From Cypionkella sp. (lineage in GTDB: Bacteria > Pseudomonadota > Alphaproteobacteria > Rhodobacterales > Rhodobacteraceae), in the NCBI GenBank assembly GCA_034519315.1, contig JAXHON010000015.1, forward strand, positions 37,917 to 101,916: a stretch of DNA of 64,000 nt. The letters run 5' to 3'. How positions within the stretch are numbered: position 1 is the first letter of the stretch; each line of letters begins with the position of its first letter. The notes below the pieces were generated by a model that did no database searches, was not told where the DNA came from, and worked only from the letters and a program-made list of their open reading frames with translations. This document shows, piece by piece, positions 22,492 to 32,871 of the stretch. Position numbers and translations under genes: made by a program.

Positions 22492-23274
22492 TTATAGATC
22501 GTCCCCGTTCGGGGTCACTTCGGCGCGTTTGACGCGGGGCGCGCGCTGCTTTGCGGCGGATTTTTCCGTAGCATTTTCAGCAACTTGCGCAACCAAAGCT
22601 GCGGGAGATTCAAAAATGGGGGCGGGTTTCGCGGCATCGGCTTTAATCACCTCTGCGTCGCTGCCATCTTCAAAACGCAGCCGAGGCTTGCGCTCCTCGC
22701 GGGGGCGATCATCCCGCGCACGCTCATCTCGCGCACGATCATCTCGGGGGCGCTCATCGCGGGGGCGGTTGTTTTGGCGATTGTCGTTTTGGCGATTGTC
22801 GTTTTGCCGGCGATCATTCTGGCGCGGCTGAAATTGGCGGGGTGCGGGGCGCTCTGCTTCGGGCAAATCAACAAGCCCAACATCCCCGTCTGTCACATCT
22901 TGCACCGCGTAGGGTTGATCCCCCTCGCCCGACTCGCGCGGCTGGCCATCGCGTTGTTCATTTTGACGGTTTTGCCAGCTGTTCTGCCCGCCCTGCTGGC
23001 CCATCCGCGCCTCTTGCTCGGCGGCCATTTCGCGCATCGCTTCGGCCAAAAGGCGGGTGTAATGTTCGGCGTGCTGCAAGAAATTTTCAGCCGCCACGCG
23101 GTCATTGGACAGTTGCGCATCGCGCGCCAAAGTTTGGTATTTTTCAACAATTTGCTGCGGTGTGCCGCGCACTTTCCCCTCGGGGCCAGAGCTGTCAAAC
23201 ACGCGGTTAATGATATTGCCTAATGTGCGCGGGCGGTTCGTTTTTGAACGCGAGCGAGACTTGGAAGAGCGCAT
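22492..23274 (-). CDS. DUF4167 family protein with low-complexity tail
   Basis: NRVFDSSGPEGKVRGTPQQIVEKY...AENFLQHAEHY. Confidence 0.9.
   Translation of the reverse strand: MRSSKSRSRSKTNRPRTLGNIINRVFDSSGPEGKVRGTPQQIVEKYQTLARDAQLSNDRVAAENFLQHAEHYTRLLAEAMREMAAEQEARMGQQGGQNSWQNRQNEQRDGQPRESGEGDQPYAVQDVTDGDVGLVDLPEAERPAPRQFQPRQNDRRQNDNRQNDNRQNNRPRDERPRDDRARDERARDDRPREERKPRLRFEDGSDAEVIKADAAKPAPIFESPAALVAQVAENATEKSAAKQRAPRVKRAEVTPNGDDL
22771..22815. repeat. 15-bp coding tandem repeat (QNDNR units)
   Basis: gttttggcgattgtc x2 plus gttttgccggcgatc; neighbouring 15-bp RDE/RDD units. Confidence 0.8.
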
Positions 23275-23466
23275 ATGAACCTTTGTCCAGATGAATGGTC
23301 TAAACCTTGCCAGATCCTATCAGATCTACCCAAATGGGCTGTGGCGATGACCGGGGTTGAACGCGGCGGCCCATTGGCAGCTGCGCGTGGTTTGACTAAT
23401 CATAGCTGCGCGGGCTGGGCAAGGGTTTTCTTTACGCAATTTGAAAAGCACGGGGATTTGGACCAG

Positions 23467-24321
23467 CTAGACCGCATTTGTGGGTTTTTGGGCACAAACA
23501 ACGCGGTCGCGGCCGTCGAAATCTTGCAGAACGGTGACATTTTCAAACGCCTGCGCGGTCAGTAGCGCGCAAACCGCCGCGCCTTGGCTGGGGCCGATTT
23601 CCAGCAAAATGCGTCCATTTGGTGCCAAATGCGCGCCAGCCCCTGCGGCAATGGCCCGGTAAGCAGCCAGCCCGTCACCCCCATCGGTCAGGGCCAGATG
23701 CGGCTCCCATTCGCGCACGTCTTGGGACAGGTGCGGCAACTCATCAGCGGCGATATAGGGAGGGTTGGCGACGATCAGATCAAAACGCTGCAAGATCGCG
23801 GCAAACCAATCAGAATGCACAAATTGCGCGCGTGGCGTGAGCCCCAAATTTTCAGCGTTGCGGCGGGCCACATCCAGCGCGCGGGGCGATACATCACTGC
23901 CTACACCTTGCGCGTTCGGGCGTTCGGCCAACAAAGACAGCAAAATGCACCCCGTGCCCGTGCCAAGGTCTAGTATTTGGTCAAAAGACCCGCGCAGCGC
24001 CTGTGCCACCAAGATTTCCGTTTCTGGGCGCGGGTCTAAAGTGTCCTGTGTCACAACAAAATTGCGGCCCCAAAACATGCGCCGCCCAGTGATTTGGGCG
24101 ACGGGCTTATGCTGCGCACGCGCGGCGATATGCATGGGAAAGATGGTTTCAGCCCGCTCGCCTGCGGTATCGGGCAGATGTAGGGTCAGACGATCCAAGC
24201 TTATCCCCATGGCATCGGCCAACAAAATACGCGCATCGCCTGCCGCGCTGTCGATGCCTGCCGCTTTCAGCGCAGCAATCCCGCTTTGCAGCAGTTGCGC
24301 CGCGCTGGGATGCGCGCTCAT
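23467..24321 (-). CDS. prmC: Release factor glutamine methyltransferase
   Basis: [23 protein letters not shown]; downstream of prfA. Confidence 0.96.
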   Translation of the reverse strand: MSAHPSAAQLLQSGIAALKAAGIDSAAGDARILLADAMGISLDRLTLHLPDTAGERAETIFPMHIAARAQHKPVAQITGRRMFWGRNFVVTQDTLDPRPETEILVAQALRGSFDQILDLGTGTGCILLSLLAERPNAQGVGSDVSPRALDVARRNAENLGLTPRAQFVHSDWFAAILQRFDLIVANPPYIAADELPHLSQDVREWEPHLALTDGGDGLAAYRAIAAGAGAHLAPNGRILLEIGPSQGAAVCALLTAQAFENVTVLQDFDGRDRVVCAQKPTNAV

Positions 24322-25373
24322 CCTTCCATCTCGGCCAGTTTTACGGCCTGATCATGGGCCACCAGCGCGTCGATCACTTCGGAAATATCGCCCTGCATCA
24401 CCGCGCCAAGGGAATAGAGCGTCAGATTGATGCGGTGGTCAGTCATACGGCCTTGGGGAAAGTTGTAGGTGCGGATACGCTCGCTGCGATCGCCGCTGCC
24501 CACTTGCGATTTACGGTCGGCGGCGCGGGCGTCATCGACGCGCGCGCGCTCCAACTCGTAAAGACGCGCACGCAAAACCTGCATCGCCAACTCGCGGTTG
24601 CGGTGCTGCGATTTTTGCGCCGAGGTCACAATCATGCCCGTCGGCAAATGGGTGATGCGCACAGCAGAATCGGTGGTGTTGACGTGCTGCCCCCCCGCGC
24701 CCGATGCCCGCATCGTGTCAATGCGAATATCGCTGGCGGGGATGACCAAATCCACTTCCTCTGCCTCGGGCAGAACGGCGACGGTGGCGGCCGAGGTATG
24801 CACGCGGCCCTGTGCCTCGGTTTCGGGCACGCGCTGCACGCGGTGCACGCCTGATTCGAACTTCATCTTGGCGAAAACGCCAGTCCCTTTGATGTGAACG
24901 GATACGTCTTTGATCCCGCCCAGCTCGCTGTCTTGTTGGTCCAAAACCTCCCACGACCAGCCCATTTTTTCGGCAAAGCGTTGGTACATGCGCAGCAAAT
25001 CGGCAGCAAACAGCGCGGCCTCATCGCCGCCTGTGCCTGGGCGAATTTCCAAAATGGCGGGGCGCGCGTCGGCGGCATCTTTGGGAAGCAAGGCCACTTG
25101 CAGACGGCTTTCCATTTCGGGAATGCGCGCTTTTAGGCTGGGGATTTCATCTTCGGCCAGCGCGCGCATATCGGGATCGGCCAGCATTGCCTCGGCCTCG
25201 GCCAGATCATCCAAGGCGCGGCGATAGGCGTTTATTTCGGCCACAATAGGGCCAAGATCGGAATATTCGCGCGAGAGTTCGGCGATTTCGGCAGGGCTTG
25301 CGCCTGCGTTCAATCGCGCCTCGAGAAATTCGAAACGCTGGGATATTTGCGCAAGTTTGTCTAAAGGAACCAT
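24318..25373 (-). CDS. prfA: Peptide chain release factor 1
   Basis: [10 protein letters not shown] (PxT), [20 protein letters not shown]. Confidence 0.97.
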   Translation of the reverse strand: MVPLDKLAQISQRFEFLEARLNAGASPAEIAELSREYSDLGPIVAEINAYRRALDDLAEAEAMLADPDMRALAEDEIPSLKARIPEMESRLQVALLPKDAADARPAILEIRPGTGGDEAALFAADLLRMYQRFAEKMGWSWEVLDQQDSELGGIKDVSVHIKGTGVFAKMKFESGVHRVQRVPETEAQGRVHTSAATVAVLPEAEEVDLVIPASDIRIDTMRASGAGGQHVNTTDSAVRITHLPTGMIVTSAQKSQHRNRELAMQVLRARLYELERARVDDARAADRKSQVGSGDRSERIRTYNFPQGRMTDHRINLTLYSLGAVMQGDISEVIDALVAHDQAVKLAEMEG

Positions 25374-25506
25374 GGGCAGGCTTTGGCGAATTTCGCCCCT
25401 TAGGTCAAGAGAGGATCACCAAAACCCTTGCCTGCCCGCCCAAGGCGTGGCGCAGCCAGCGCCTAAAGGCTTTGCCAAAAATCGCGGTCGCGGTCGCGGC
25501 GGGCGT

Positions 25507-25644
25507 CTAGGGCAGAGACCGAATCATGGCAAGGCCCAAGACCGCCTCGGCGGCAAAGCTATTGGGCGTTAGCATGTCATAGATGATGGCGATCAGGCAC
25601 ACACCGACCAACGCTGCTTTTACGAACCAGAAATCTTCATGCAT
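25507..25644 (-). CDS. Putative 45-aa small membrane protein
   Basis: Manual translation MHEDFWFVKAALVGVCLIAIIYDMLTPNSFAAEAVLGLAMIRSLP*; AAGGA RBS upstream. Confidence 0.5.
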   Translation of the reverse strand: MHEDFWFVKAALVGVCLIAIIYDMLTPNSFAAEAVLGLAMIRSLP

Positions 25645-25728
25645 GGCGCATTCCTTTGCTGTGGTTTCTTAACGCCTTTCTACACGATGTTTCTTTCAGT
25701 TTTGTGACAGGTCTGCGCGCCTTGCGAT

Positions 25729-26694
25729 TTACCTTTGGGTCTTGGCCCAATGATAAAGGCAGATCAATTCATAGGCGACATGCGCGCCCGCGATGGCGGT
25801 GGCCCCCGTGGTGTCATAGGGGGGGGATACTTCGACAATATCACCGCCCACAAGATTGATGCCCGCCAGATCGCGCAGCATCGCCGCCGTCTGCCACGAA
25901 TGCAGCCCGCCCCAAACGGGCGTGCCTGTGCCGGGCGCGTAGGCGGGGTCCAGCGCGTCGATGTCAAAGGTCAGATAGGTTTTGCGCGCGCCCACAATCT
26001 CGCGCGCGCGGGCGGCGGCCCCGATATGGCCCTGCTCATGCACCTCGCGGGCGGTGATGACATTGAACCCTAGGTAATCCTCGGTCGTGGTGCGAATGCC
26101 GATTTGCACCGATGTGGCGGGATCGACATAGCCCATTTTAACCGCCTTATACATCATCGTGCCGTGGTCGATGCGGGTCATATCGTCATCGCGCCACAGG
26201 TCGGAATGGGCGTCGAATTGGATCACCGACAGCGGGCCATGTAGGGCGGCATAGGCACGCAAAATCGGCAAGGTGATGTAGTGATCGCCCCCCAGCGTGA
26301 TCGTGCCCGCCCCTGCGGCCAAAATCCCCGCGATATGATCTGTCAGACGGGCGGGAAAATCGGCGGTCTTGGCATAATCAAAGGCCAAATCACCATAATC
26401 GACAATCGCCATATCCTCCAATGGGTTGGTGGGCCAGCCCTGCGGCGGATCATAGGGCATCAGGCTGGACGCCTCGCGGATGGCGCGCGGGCCAAAGCGG
26501 GTGCCCGTGCGGTGCGTGACCGCCTGATCAAAGGGAACGCCCGTGATCGCCAAATCCACGCCGCTTAGGTCTTTGGAGTAGCGGCGGCGCAAAAACGATG
26601 TCGCCCCCGCAAAGGCATTTTCAAAGGAATATCCGCGCAAATCGGGGCGGGTAAAGGCCGCGTCAATGTCAGATTTTGCGTCTTCTAGGGGCAT
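25729..26694 (-). CDS. speB: Agmatinase (ureohydrolase family)
   Basis: GTRFGPRAIR, GGDH, DAHSD, TFDIDALDPAYAPGTGTP, EVSPPYD. Confidence 0.9.
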   Translation of the reverse strand: MPLEDAKSDIDAAFTRPDLRGYSFENAFAGATSFLRRRYSKDLSGVDLAITGVPFDQAVTHRTGTRFGPRAIREASSLMPYDPPQGWPTNPLEDMAIVDYGDLAFDYAKTADFPARLTDHIAGILAAGAGTITLGGDHYITLPILRAYAALHGPLSVIQFDAHSDLWRDDDMTRIDHGTMMYKAVKMGYVDPATSVQIGIRTTTEDYLGFNVITAREVHEQGHIGAAARAREIVGARKTYLTFDIDALDPAYAPGTGTPVWGGLHSWQTAAMLRDLAGINLVGGDIVEVSPPYDTTGATAIAGAHVAYELICLYHWAKTQR

Positions 26695-26725
26695 TGCGAA
26701 CCTTTCCTATAGCGCGCGGGGCGCA

Positions 26726-27016
26726 TCAAAACCGAATATCGTGCTTTTTCGTGAACCACGAAAACAGCGGCATTTCTATAATTAACAGCGTGATCAGCGC
26801 AAAGATCACAGGCCCAACATACCACCCAAAAAGCCAAAACTGGGTATCCTCGCCCCTAAACCACAGCGCCGATATGCCCACCAAAACCACAGTGATCACA
26901 GTATCAGCTGCCATCATTTTGGCATAGGTCATCGGCAGCAAACGCGGGTAAACTGCACCATACGCCAGCGCCAAGCCCGCTGCGTTTACAATCAGGACAA
27001 TCACTTCAGGTGTCAT
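26726..27016 (-). CDS. Small integral membrane protein, unknown function
   Basis: 96 aa, three hydrophobic segments, GGAGG RBS, co-oriented in operon. Confidence 0.75.
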   Translation of the reverse strand: MTPEVIVLIVNAAGLALAYGAVYPRLLPMTYAKMMAADTVITVVLVGISALWFRGEDTQFWLFGWYVGPVIFALITLLIIEMPLFSWFTKKHDIRF

Positions 27017-27040
27017 AACAGCCTCCCCCGCGCCGAAAGT

Positions 27041-28204
27041 TTAGGATTGCGGCTGCGCCATTTCCACAATCTGAGCAAAGAAACTGGCCCCAATGGGCGA
27101 GATTTCATCATTAAAATCAAAGGCCGAATGATGCAGACCCGCCCCGGGACCCGTGCCAAGGAATAAATAGGCACCTTTGCACGCCTCTAGCATATAGGAA
27201 AAATCCTCTGACCCCATCTCGCGCACTGACGCGCCATTGACGGCATCTGCCCCGACAAGGCTGCGCGCCACATCGCAGGCAAATTCTACGGCGCTTTCGT
27301 CGTTCACTGTGGCGGGGTAACCCCAGTCATAGTCAATATCTGCGCGCACATTAAAGGCGGCTGCGGTGCCGCCCACAATCTCATAAAAGCGGCGCTTTAG
27401 CATCTCGCGCACTTCGGGGCGAAAGGCGCGGATGGTGGCGCAGAACATCGCCTCTTCGGGGATGATATTGCTGGCGGTGCCCGTGTGAATTTGCGTGACC
27501 GAAATCACCGCCTCGTCCAGCGCGTAGATATTGCGCGGGATGATGGTTTGGATCGCCTGCACCATCGCCACCACCGCAACCACAGGGTCAATACAGTCAT
27601 GCGGCGTGGCCCCATGCCCGCCCCGCCCCGTAATCTTAACCGTGGCCGTGTCGACCGAAGCCATCAGCGGCCCCGCGCGGGTCAGGAAATGGCCAAAGGC
27701 AATATTGGGCGCATTATGCAGGGCATATATTTGCGAGATGTCAAAACGCGAAATCAGCCCGTCTTTCACCATCGCATCGCCGCCCGCGCCATCCTCTTCT
27801 GCGGGTTGAAACACCAGCGCAACGCGCCCCGAAAAGCGGCGGGTTTCGGCCAGATATTTCGCCGCCCCCAGCAGCATGGTGACATGGCCATCATGCCCGC
27901 AGGCGTGCATTTTGCCCTGAACCGTGCTGGCGTAATCTGCGCCTGTGGTCTCCTCGATTGGCAGCGCATCCATATCGGCGCGCAGGCCAATGGTCGGCCC
28001 CGCGCCCTGCCCGTTTATGATCGCCACAATCCCCGTTTGGCCAATGCCTTGGTGGATTTCATCCACGCCAATCTCGCGCAGCCGCGCGGTGATATAGGCC
28101 GCCGTTTCATGGCAATCGAAGGACAATTCGGGATGGGCGTGCAAATGGCGACGCCAGCCCTTCATTTCTTCGGAAAAAGAGGCGATACGATTGATTATGG
28201 GCAT
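27041..28204 (-). CDS. M20D amidohydrolase (hippurate hydrolase-like)
   Basis: RRHLHAHPEL, LRADMDALP, MHACGHDGH, QPAEE, SEDF. Confidence 0.93.
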   Translation of the reverse strand: MPIINRIASFSEEMKGWRRHLHAHPELSFDCHETAAYITARLREIGVDEIHQGIGQTGIVAIINGQGAGPTIGLRADMDALPIEETTGADYASTVQGKMHACGHDGHVTMLLGAAKYLAETRRFSGRVALVFQPAEEDGAGGDAMVKDGLISRFDISQIYALHNAPNIAFGHFLTRAGPLMASVDTATVKITGRGGHGATPHDCIDPVVAVVAMVQAIQTIIPRNIYALDEAVISVTQIHTGTASNIIPEEAMFCATIRAFRPEVREMLKRRFYEIVGGTAAAFNVRADIDYDWGYPATVNDESAVEFACDVARSLVGADAVNGASVREMGSEDFSYMLEACKGAYLFLGTGPGAGLHHSAFDFNDEISPIGASFFAQIVEMAQPQS

Positions 28205-28270
28205 GAACACAACTCCTGATAGGGGCTGTTTACGCTGGAATGGGTAAGTTGGGCAATGGGGGCGCTAAGG

Positions 28271-29062
28271 ATGAATGAGAACTTGGGCCAAATGCAGCGT
28301 CTTTTGGATATAATGACCGCCCTGCGCGATCCGAAAACGGGTTGCCCTTGGGATATTGAGCAAACATTTGACACCATCGCGCCCTATACAATCGAAGAGG
28401 CGCACGAGGTGGCCGATGCCATATCACGGCAGGCATGGAGCGAGCTGCCTTGCGAATTGGGCGATTTGCTGCTGCAAGTGGTGTTTCACGCGCAAATGGC
28501 GGATGAGGCAGCTCTGTTTACCTTTGCCGATGTGGCCCGCGCCATTTCAGATAAGATGATTGCGCGCCACCCGCATGTCTTTGGCGCCGCGCGCGAGGTG
28601 AAAACCGCAGCCCAGCAAACCCTTGATTGGGAGGCGCAAAAGGCGGCAGAGCGCGGGGCCGAGGCCCGCGTTCTGGACGGCGTCGCCATGGGCCTGCCTG
28701 CCCTAACCCGCGCCGTCAAATTGCAAAACCGCGCGGCGCGCGTGGGGTTTGACTGGCCCTCGACAAACGATGTCTTGGACAAGCTACGCGAAGAAATGGC
28801 CGAGCTGACCGAGGCGCGCGCCACCCTATCCCCCGATGCCATCGAGGATGAATTTGGCGATTTGCTGTTTGTTATGGCGAACCTTGCGCGGCATTTGCAG
28901 ATCGACCCCGAGGCCGCCTTGCGCCGCACCAATGCCAAGTTCACCCGCCGTTTTTCGCGAATCGAAGATTGGCTGCGCGCGGCGGGCAAGACCCCTGCGC
29001 AGTCGGATCTGGCGGAAATGGACGCGCTTTGGAACCGCGCCAAGGCCGAAGAACGCGGCTAG
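28271..29062 (+). CDS. mazG: Nucleoside triphosphate pyrophosphohydrolase
   Basis: LRDPKTGCPWD, ELGDLLLQVVFH, GFDW, EFGDLLF. Confidence 0.95.
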   Translation: MNENLGQMQRLLDIMTALRDPKTGCPWDIEQTFDTIAPYTIEEAHEVADAISRQAWSELPCELGDLLLQVVFHAQMADEAALFTFADVARAISDKMIARHPHVFGAAREVKTAAQQTLDWEAQKAAERGAEARVLDGVAMGLPALTRAVKLQNRAARVGFDWPSTNDVLDKLREEMAELTEARATLSPDAIEDEFGDLLFVMANLARHLQIDPEAALRRTNAKFTRRFSRIEDWLRAAGKTPAQSDLAEMDALWNRAKAEERG

Positions 29063-29163
29063 TCTTTCCTACAGGTTCAATTTTCCGAAGCGCAGGGCTT
29101 GGATGCAGGGCGATGGCGGCTGCAAATTTGTGCCGATGTGTAATGAAGGGCGCATTTTATCTA

Positions 29164-29192
29164 TTGACCAAGTAAATTAGTCGGAATATGCA
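29164..29192 (+). promoter_or_regulatory. Sigma70-like promoter with Rrf2/IscR-type box in the spacer
   Basis: TTGACC-17nt-TATGCA; CCAAGTAAATTAGTCGG (29168-29184) is two changes from the dyad CCGACTAAATTAGTCGG. Confidence 0.6.
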
Positions 29193-29221
29193 GCGGGCAT
29201 CATCTGACAAAAAGGTCGACA

Positions 29222-30229
29222 ATGACCACGTCTCGTTTAGCCCTTATCGCCATGCTGACCTCTGCCGCGCTACCTGCGCTGGCCGATGAGGTGAATATCT
29301 ACTCGCACCGCCAGCCAGAGTTGCTGCAACCCCTGCTGGATGCCTTCACCGCTGAAACTGGTGTCAAAACCAATGTGGCCTTTGTTGACAAGGGCATGGC
29401 CGAACGTCTGGTTGCCGAGGGCGACCGCTCGCCCGCCGACATTCTGCCCACAGTGGACATTGCGCGCCTCAAGCAGGTGGTGGATGCTGGCGTGACCCAA
29501 GCCGTTACCTCGCCCGTGCTGGGGGCCAATATCCCTGCTGATTTGCGCGATGCCGACGGCCAGTGGTTTGGCCTGACCGCCCGCGCGCGCATTGTCTATG
29601 CCAGCAAAGAGCGTGTTGCGGCGGGCGACGTGACCACCTATGAAGATTTGGCTGATCCCAAATGGAAGGGCCGCATCTGCACCCGTTCGGGCACCAATGA
29701 CTATAACGTTGCTTTGGTTGCCGCCGTCTTGGCCCATAATGGCGAAGAAGCTACCAAGGCTTGGGTAGAGGGACTAAAGGCAAATCTGGCGCGCAAACCC
29801 GATGGCGGCGACCGCGACCAAGTCAAGGCGATTGCTGCGGGCGAATGTGACATTGCCGTAGGCAACACCTATTACATTGGGCAAATGCTGGCCGACCCCG
29901 AGCAGCAGGCCGCAGCAAATGCGATCAACATCGTATTTCCGACCTTTGTAAATGGCGGCACGCATTTGAACGTATCAGGCGTCGCAATGACCAAATCCGC
30001 CCCCAACAAAGACGCCGCATTGAAATTGATGGAGTGGCTGTCGGGCGATACAGCGCAGAAAATCTATGCTGAAACCAACCATGAATACCCTGTCAAGGCA
30101 GGTGTAGAGCGTTCGGCTGTGGTGACATCATGGGGCGAGTTCACCCCTGACAACAAGTCTCTGACCGAGATTGCGGCCTTGCGCCCCGCAGCGCTGAAAC
30201 TGATTGAAACGGTGGATTACGACAACTAA
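29222..30229 (+). CDS. Fe(III) ABC transporter substrate-binding protein (FbpA/FutA type)
   Basis: Signal peptide, VNIYSHRQ, YEDLADPKWKG, GNTYY. Confidence 0.9.
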   Translation: MTTSRLALIAMLTSAALPALADEVNIYSHRQPELLQPLLDAFTAETGVKTNVAFVDKGMAERLVAEGDRSPADILPTVDIARLKQVVDAGVTQAVTSPVLGANIPADLRDADGQWFGLTARARIVYASKERVAAGDVTTYEDLADPKWKGRICTRSGTNDYNVALVAAVLAHNGEEATKAWVEGLKANLARKPDGGDRDQVKAIAAGECDIAVGNTYYIGQMLADPEQQAAANAINIVFPTFVNGGTHLNVSGVAMTKSAPNKDAALKLMEWLSGDTAQKIYAETNHEYPVKAGVERSAVVTSWGEFTPDNKSLTEIAALRPAALKLIETVDYDN

Positions 30230-30284
30230 ATCCGCTCGACAATCGCGCGCGGCTGGGATTTGGTGCCTCCATCAGGAGCAAACC

Positions 30285-31229
30285 ATGACCCAGCCGCGCA
30301 AGATTATTATTGATACTGATCCTGGCCAAGATGACGCCTTTGCCATACTGCTTGCGCTGGCAAGTCCCGAAGAAATCGAGGTTTTGGGCATCACCGCCGT
30401 GGCAGGAAATGTGCCCCTGCCCCTGACACAGCGCAACGCGCGCATTGTGTGCGAATTGGCCAGCCGGCGTGACATTCGCGTTTATGCGGGCTGTGATGCG
30501 CCCTTGCAGCGCAAACTTGTCACTGCCGAACATGTGCATGGGGTTACGGGGCTAGATGGGCCACCCATGGTCGAACCCACTATGCCACTGGCCGATGGCC
30601 ATGCCGTTGATTTTATCATCGACACGCTGCGCCGCGCGCCAGAAAAAACCATCACCCTTTGCCCGCTTGGCCCCCTGACCAATATCGCGCAGGCGTTTTT
30701 GCAGGCCCCCGATATTATTCCTCGCGTGCAGGAAATTGTGCTGATGGGGGGCGCCTATTTTGAAGTGGGCAACATCACCCCCGCCGCCGAATTTAACATC
30801 TATGTCGATCCCGAGGCCGCGCAAATCGTGCTGAAATCGGGCGTGCCCGTGGTGATGATGCCGCTGGATGTCACGCACAAAGTCATCGCCACCCGCGCGC
30901 GCGTCGAGGCAATCCGTGCGTTGAACACCAATGTCGGGCGCGTCGCTGCCGAATGGGCCGATTTCTTTGAACGTTTTGACGTGGCCAAATATGGCAGCGA
31001 CGGCGGCCCGCTGCACGACCCTACTGTGATTGCCTATCTGATCGCGCCGCATCTGTTCACGGGGCGTCATATCAATGTCGAGATCGAAACGCAGTCTGAC
31101 TTAACCCTTGGCATGACAGTTGCCGATTGGTGGGGCGTGACAGATCGCACGCCCAATGCCCTGTTCATCGGCGACGTCGATGCGCAGGGTTTTTTCGATC
31201 TGCTGACCCAGCGACTGGCGCGGCTTTAA
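30285..31229 (+). CDS. Inosine/uridine-preferring nucleoside hydrolase
   Basis: IIIDTDPGQDDA, VAGN, GPLTN, AEFNIYVDP, LHDP. Confidence 0.94.
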   Translation: MTQPRKIIIDTDPGQDDAFAILLALASPEEIEVLGITAVAGNVPLPLTQRNARIVCELASRRDIRVYAGCDAPLQRKLVTAEHVHGVTGLDGPPMVEPTMPLADGHAVDFIIDTLRRAPEKTITLCPLGPLTNIAQAFLQAPDIIPRVQEIVLMGGAYFEVGNITPAAEFNIYVDPEAAQIVLKSGVPVVMMPLDVTHKVIATRARVEAIRALNTNVGRVAAEWADFFERFDVAKYGSDGGPLHDPTVIAYLIAPHLFTGRHINVEIETQSDLTLGMTVADWWGVTDRTPNALFIGDVDAQGFFDLLTQRLARL

Positions 31230-32275
31230 CCCAGCGGCAAAAAGACCGAAAAGCGGCTGCCCTGCCCCAGCGTGCTTTCCACAGTCAGCTTTCCGCGATG
31301 GCGGCCGACGATATGCTTGACAATCGCAAGCCCCAAACCCGTCCCACCTTCTGCGCGCGAGCGGTGGGCATCAACGCGGTAAAACCGTTCGGTCAATCGC
31401 GGAATGTGTTCACTGGCTATTCCCGCCCCGTGATCTTGCACCGTCAAACAATAGGCAGGGCCGCGCAGAGTGACCGTTTCCGATAATGCCACGTCCACCG
31501 CGCCGCCTGCAATGCTGCCATATTTGACGGCGTTTTCGACCAAATTTGCAACCACTTGCATGATCTGATCGCTGTCGGCGCGCAGATGGCGCGGCGCATC
31601 CAGCCCCGTCAAGATCAGCGTCACATTGGCGTGCTGCGCCAAGGGGCGCAGACTGTCGACGGCGCGGGTGATGACGGCGGCTATATCAATTTCCGTCGCG
31701 GGGCGCAGGCGTTCTTGCGCCTCGACGCGGCTTAGATGCAAAAGATCAGCCACAAGACGGTTCATCCGCTCTGCCTCATTGGCCATGGTGGATAAAAAGC
31801 GGTCTCTTGCCGCAGCGTCGTTGCGCGCCGGGCCTTGTAATGTCTCGATAAATCCTTGAATGGCCGTCAAGGGCGTGCGCAATTCGTGGCTTACATTGGC
31901 CACAAAATCACGGCGCATCTGATCAGTCTGCTCTTGCAAAGAGACATCCTCGAACAAGCACAGCGCGCCAATTGGTAACGGGGACAGCGTGATAGCAAAG
32001 TTCCCCTCTTGATCACCTTGGCGCAGGGCAAGGCGCAGGCCAGCGCGTGTTTGCGACACAAGACATTGCGCGACTGCGACCAAAAGATCGGGCTGGCGTA
32101 GCGACAGGCCATAGTGCCTGCCCAGCAGCGCGGGGCCGAACAACGCTATCGCCAGCTCATTCGCCAAGTCCACCTTTGAATCGGGGGTTATGATCATCGC
32201 GGCATGTGGCAATCCGTCAAGAAACGCGGACAAAAGCGCGGTTTTTTGCTCGTTTAGGTCACTGGGTTTGAACAC
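31226..32275 (-). CDS. phoR: PhoR-like sensor histidine kinase, no TM segment
   Basis: MRRDFVANVSHELRTPLT, NLVENAVKY, HIPRLTERFYRVD, GGTGLGLAIVKH. Confidence 0.8.
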   Translation of the reverse strand: MFKPSDLNEQKTALLSAFLDGLPHAAMIITPDSKVDLANELAIALFGPALLGRHYGLSLRQPDLLVAVAQCLVSQTRAGLRLALRQGDQEGNFAITLSPLPIGALCLFEDVSLQEQTDQMRRDFVANVSHELRTPLTAIQGFIETLQGPARNDAAARDRFLSTMANEAERMNRLVADLLHLSRVEAQERLRPATEIDIAAVITRAVDSLRPLAQHANVTLILTGLDAPRHLRADSDQIMQVVANLVENAVKYGSIAGGAVDVALSETVTLRGPAYCLTVQDHGAGIASEHIPRLTERFYRVDAHRSRAEGGTGLGLAIVKHIVGRHRGKLTVESTLGQGSRFSVFLPLG

Positions 32276-32446
32276 TTATTTAACCTCTTCGCGTTAACGT
32301 GGGTGCATATCAGCGAAAACAGGGGATGCTACTTGCGTTAACCATGTTTTTTGGACAGAAAGATGAAGGTCATGTTGCAGCCCAGTGGCGGTTTGGTGGT
32401 TTTCAGTTGCATTTGAACCTTTCCGATACCAGTGGATATTGGCACA

Positions 32447-32841
32447 ATGACTGACGACAAAACAACCGCTCGTTCTGCTACCGATCCAGCCATCACCACT
32501 GTGGTAATTGGTCTTGCGACAAGTGATGCGGCCCTTGCAGGTGTGATACAACCCAGCACTTCAATTCTTGCGGTAAATTGTAATGATTTAGGGCTTTTCA
32601 GGTGCCGCTCGCTCAAATCACCTGCGCGATTTGCAGCCTGTTTGCCCAAGGCTCCAATCCTCAAAGTGACGCGGTTTGTGTGATCGAAGCGCTACGTGAC
32701 GCGGGCTATGCAGGTGACGTGATTGTTTTGGCGCCACCTCTGTTGCGGCCCAAAATGGTCGAGAACGAGCTGCGCGGCATGGCCCGCGGCATGCGCTTGC
32801 GCCTGATCCATGGTGTTCTGCCTTCCTTCGGCCAAATATAA
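32447..32841 (+). CDS. Hypothetical protein (frameshift near ~32610)
   Basis: ORFs 32432..32683 and 32602..32841 join into ~130 aa ending APPLLRPKMVENELRG. Confidence 0.55.
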
Positions 32842-32871
32842 CGCGGCCAAAGTCTGTATATACGGCAGCAG

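Noticed and set aside
22700-22820. CRISPR-like repeats
   Set aside because: In-frame 15-bp coding repeats without spacers; no cas genes in the window
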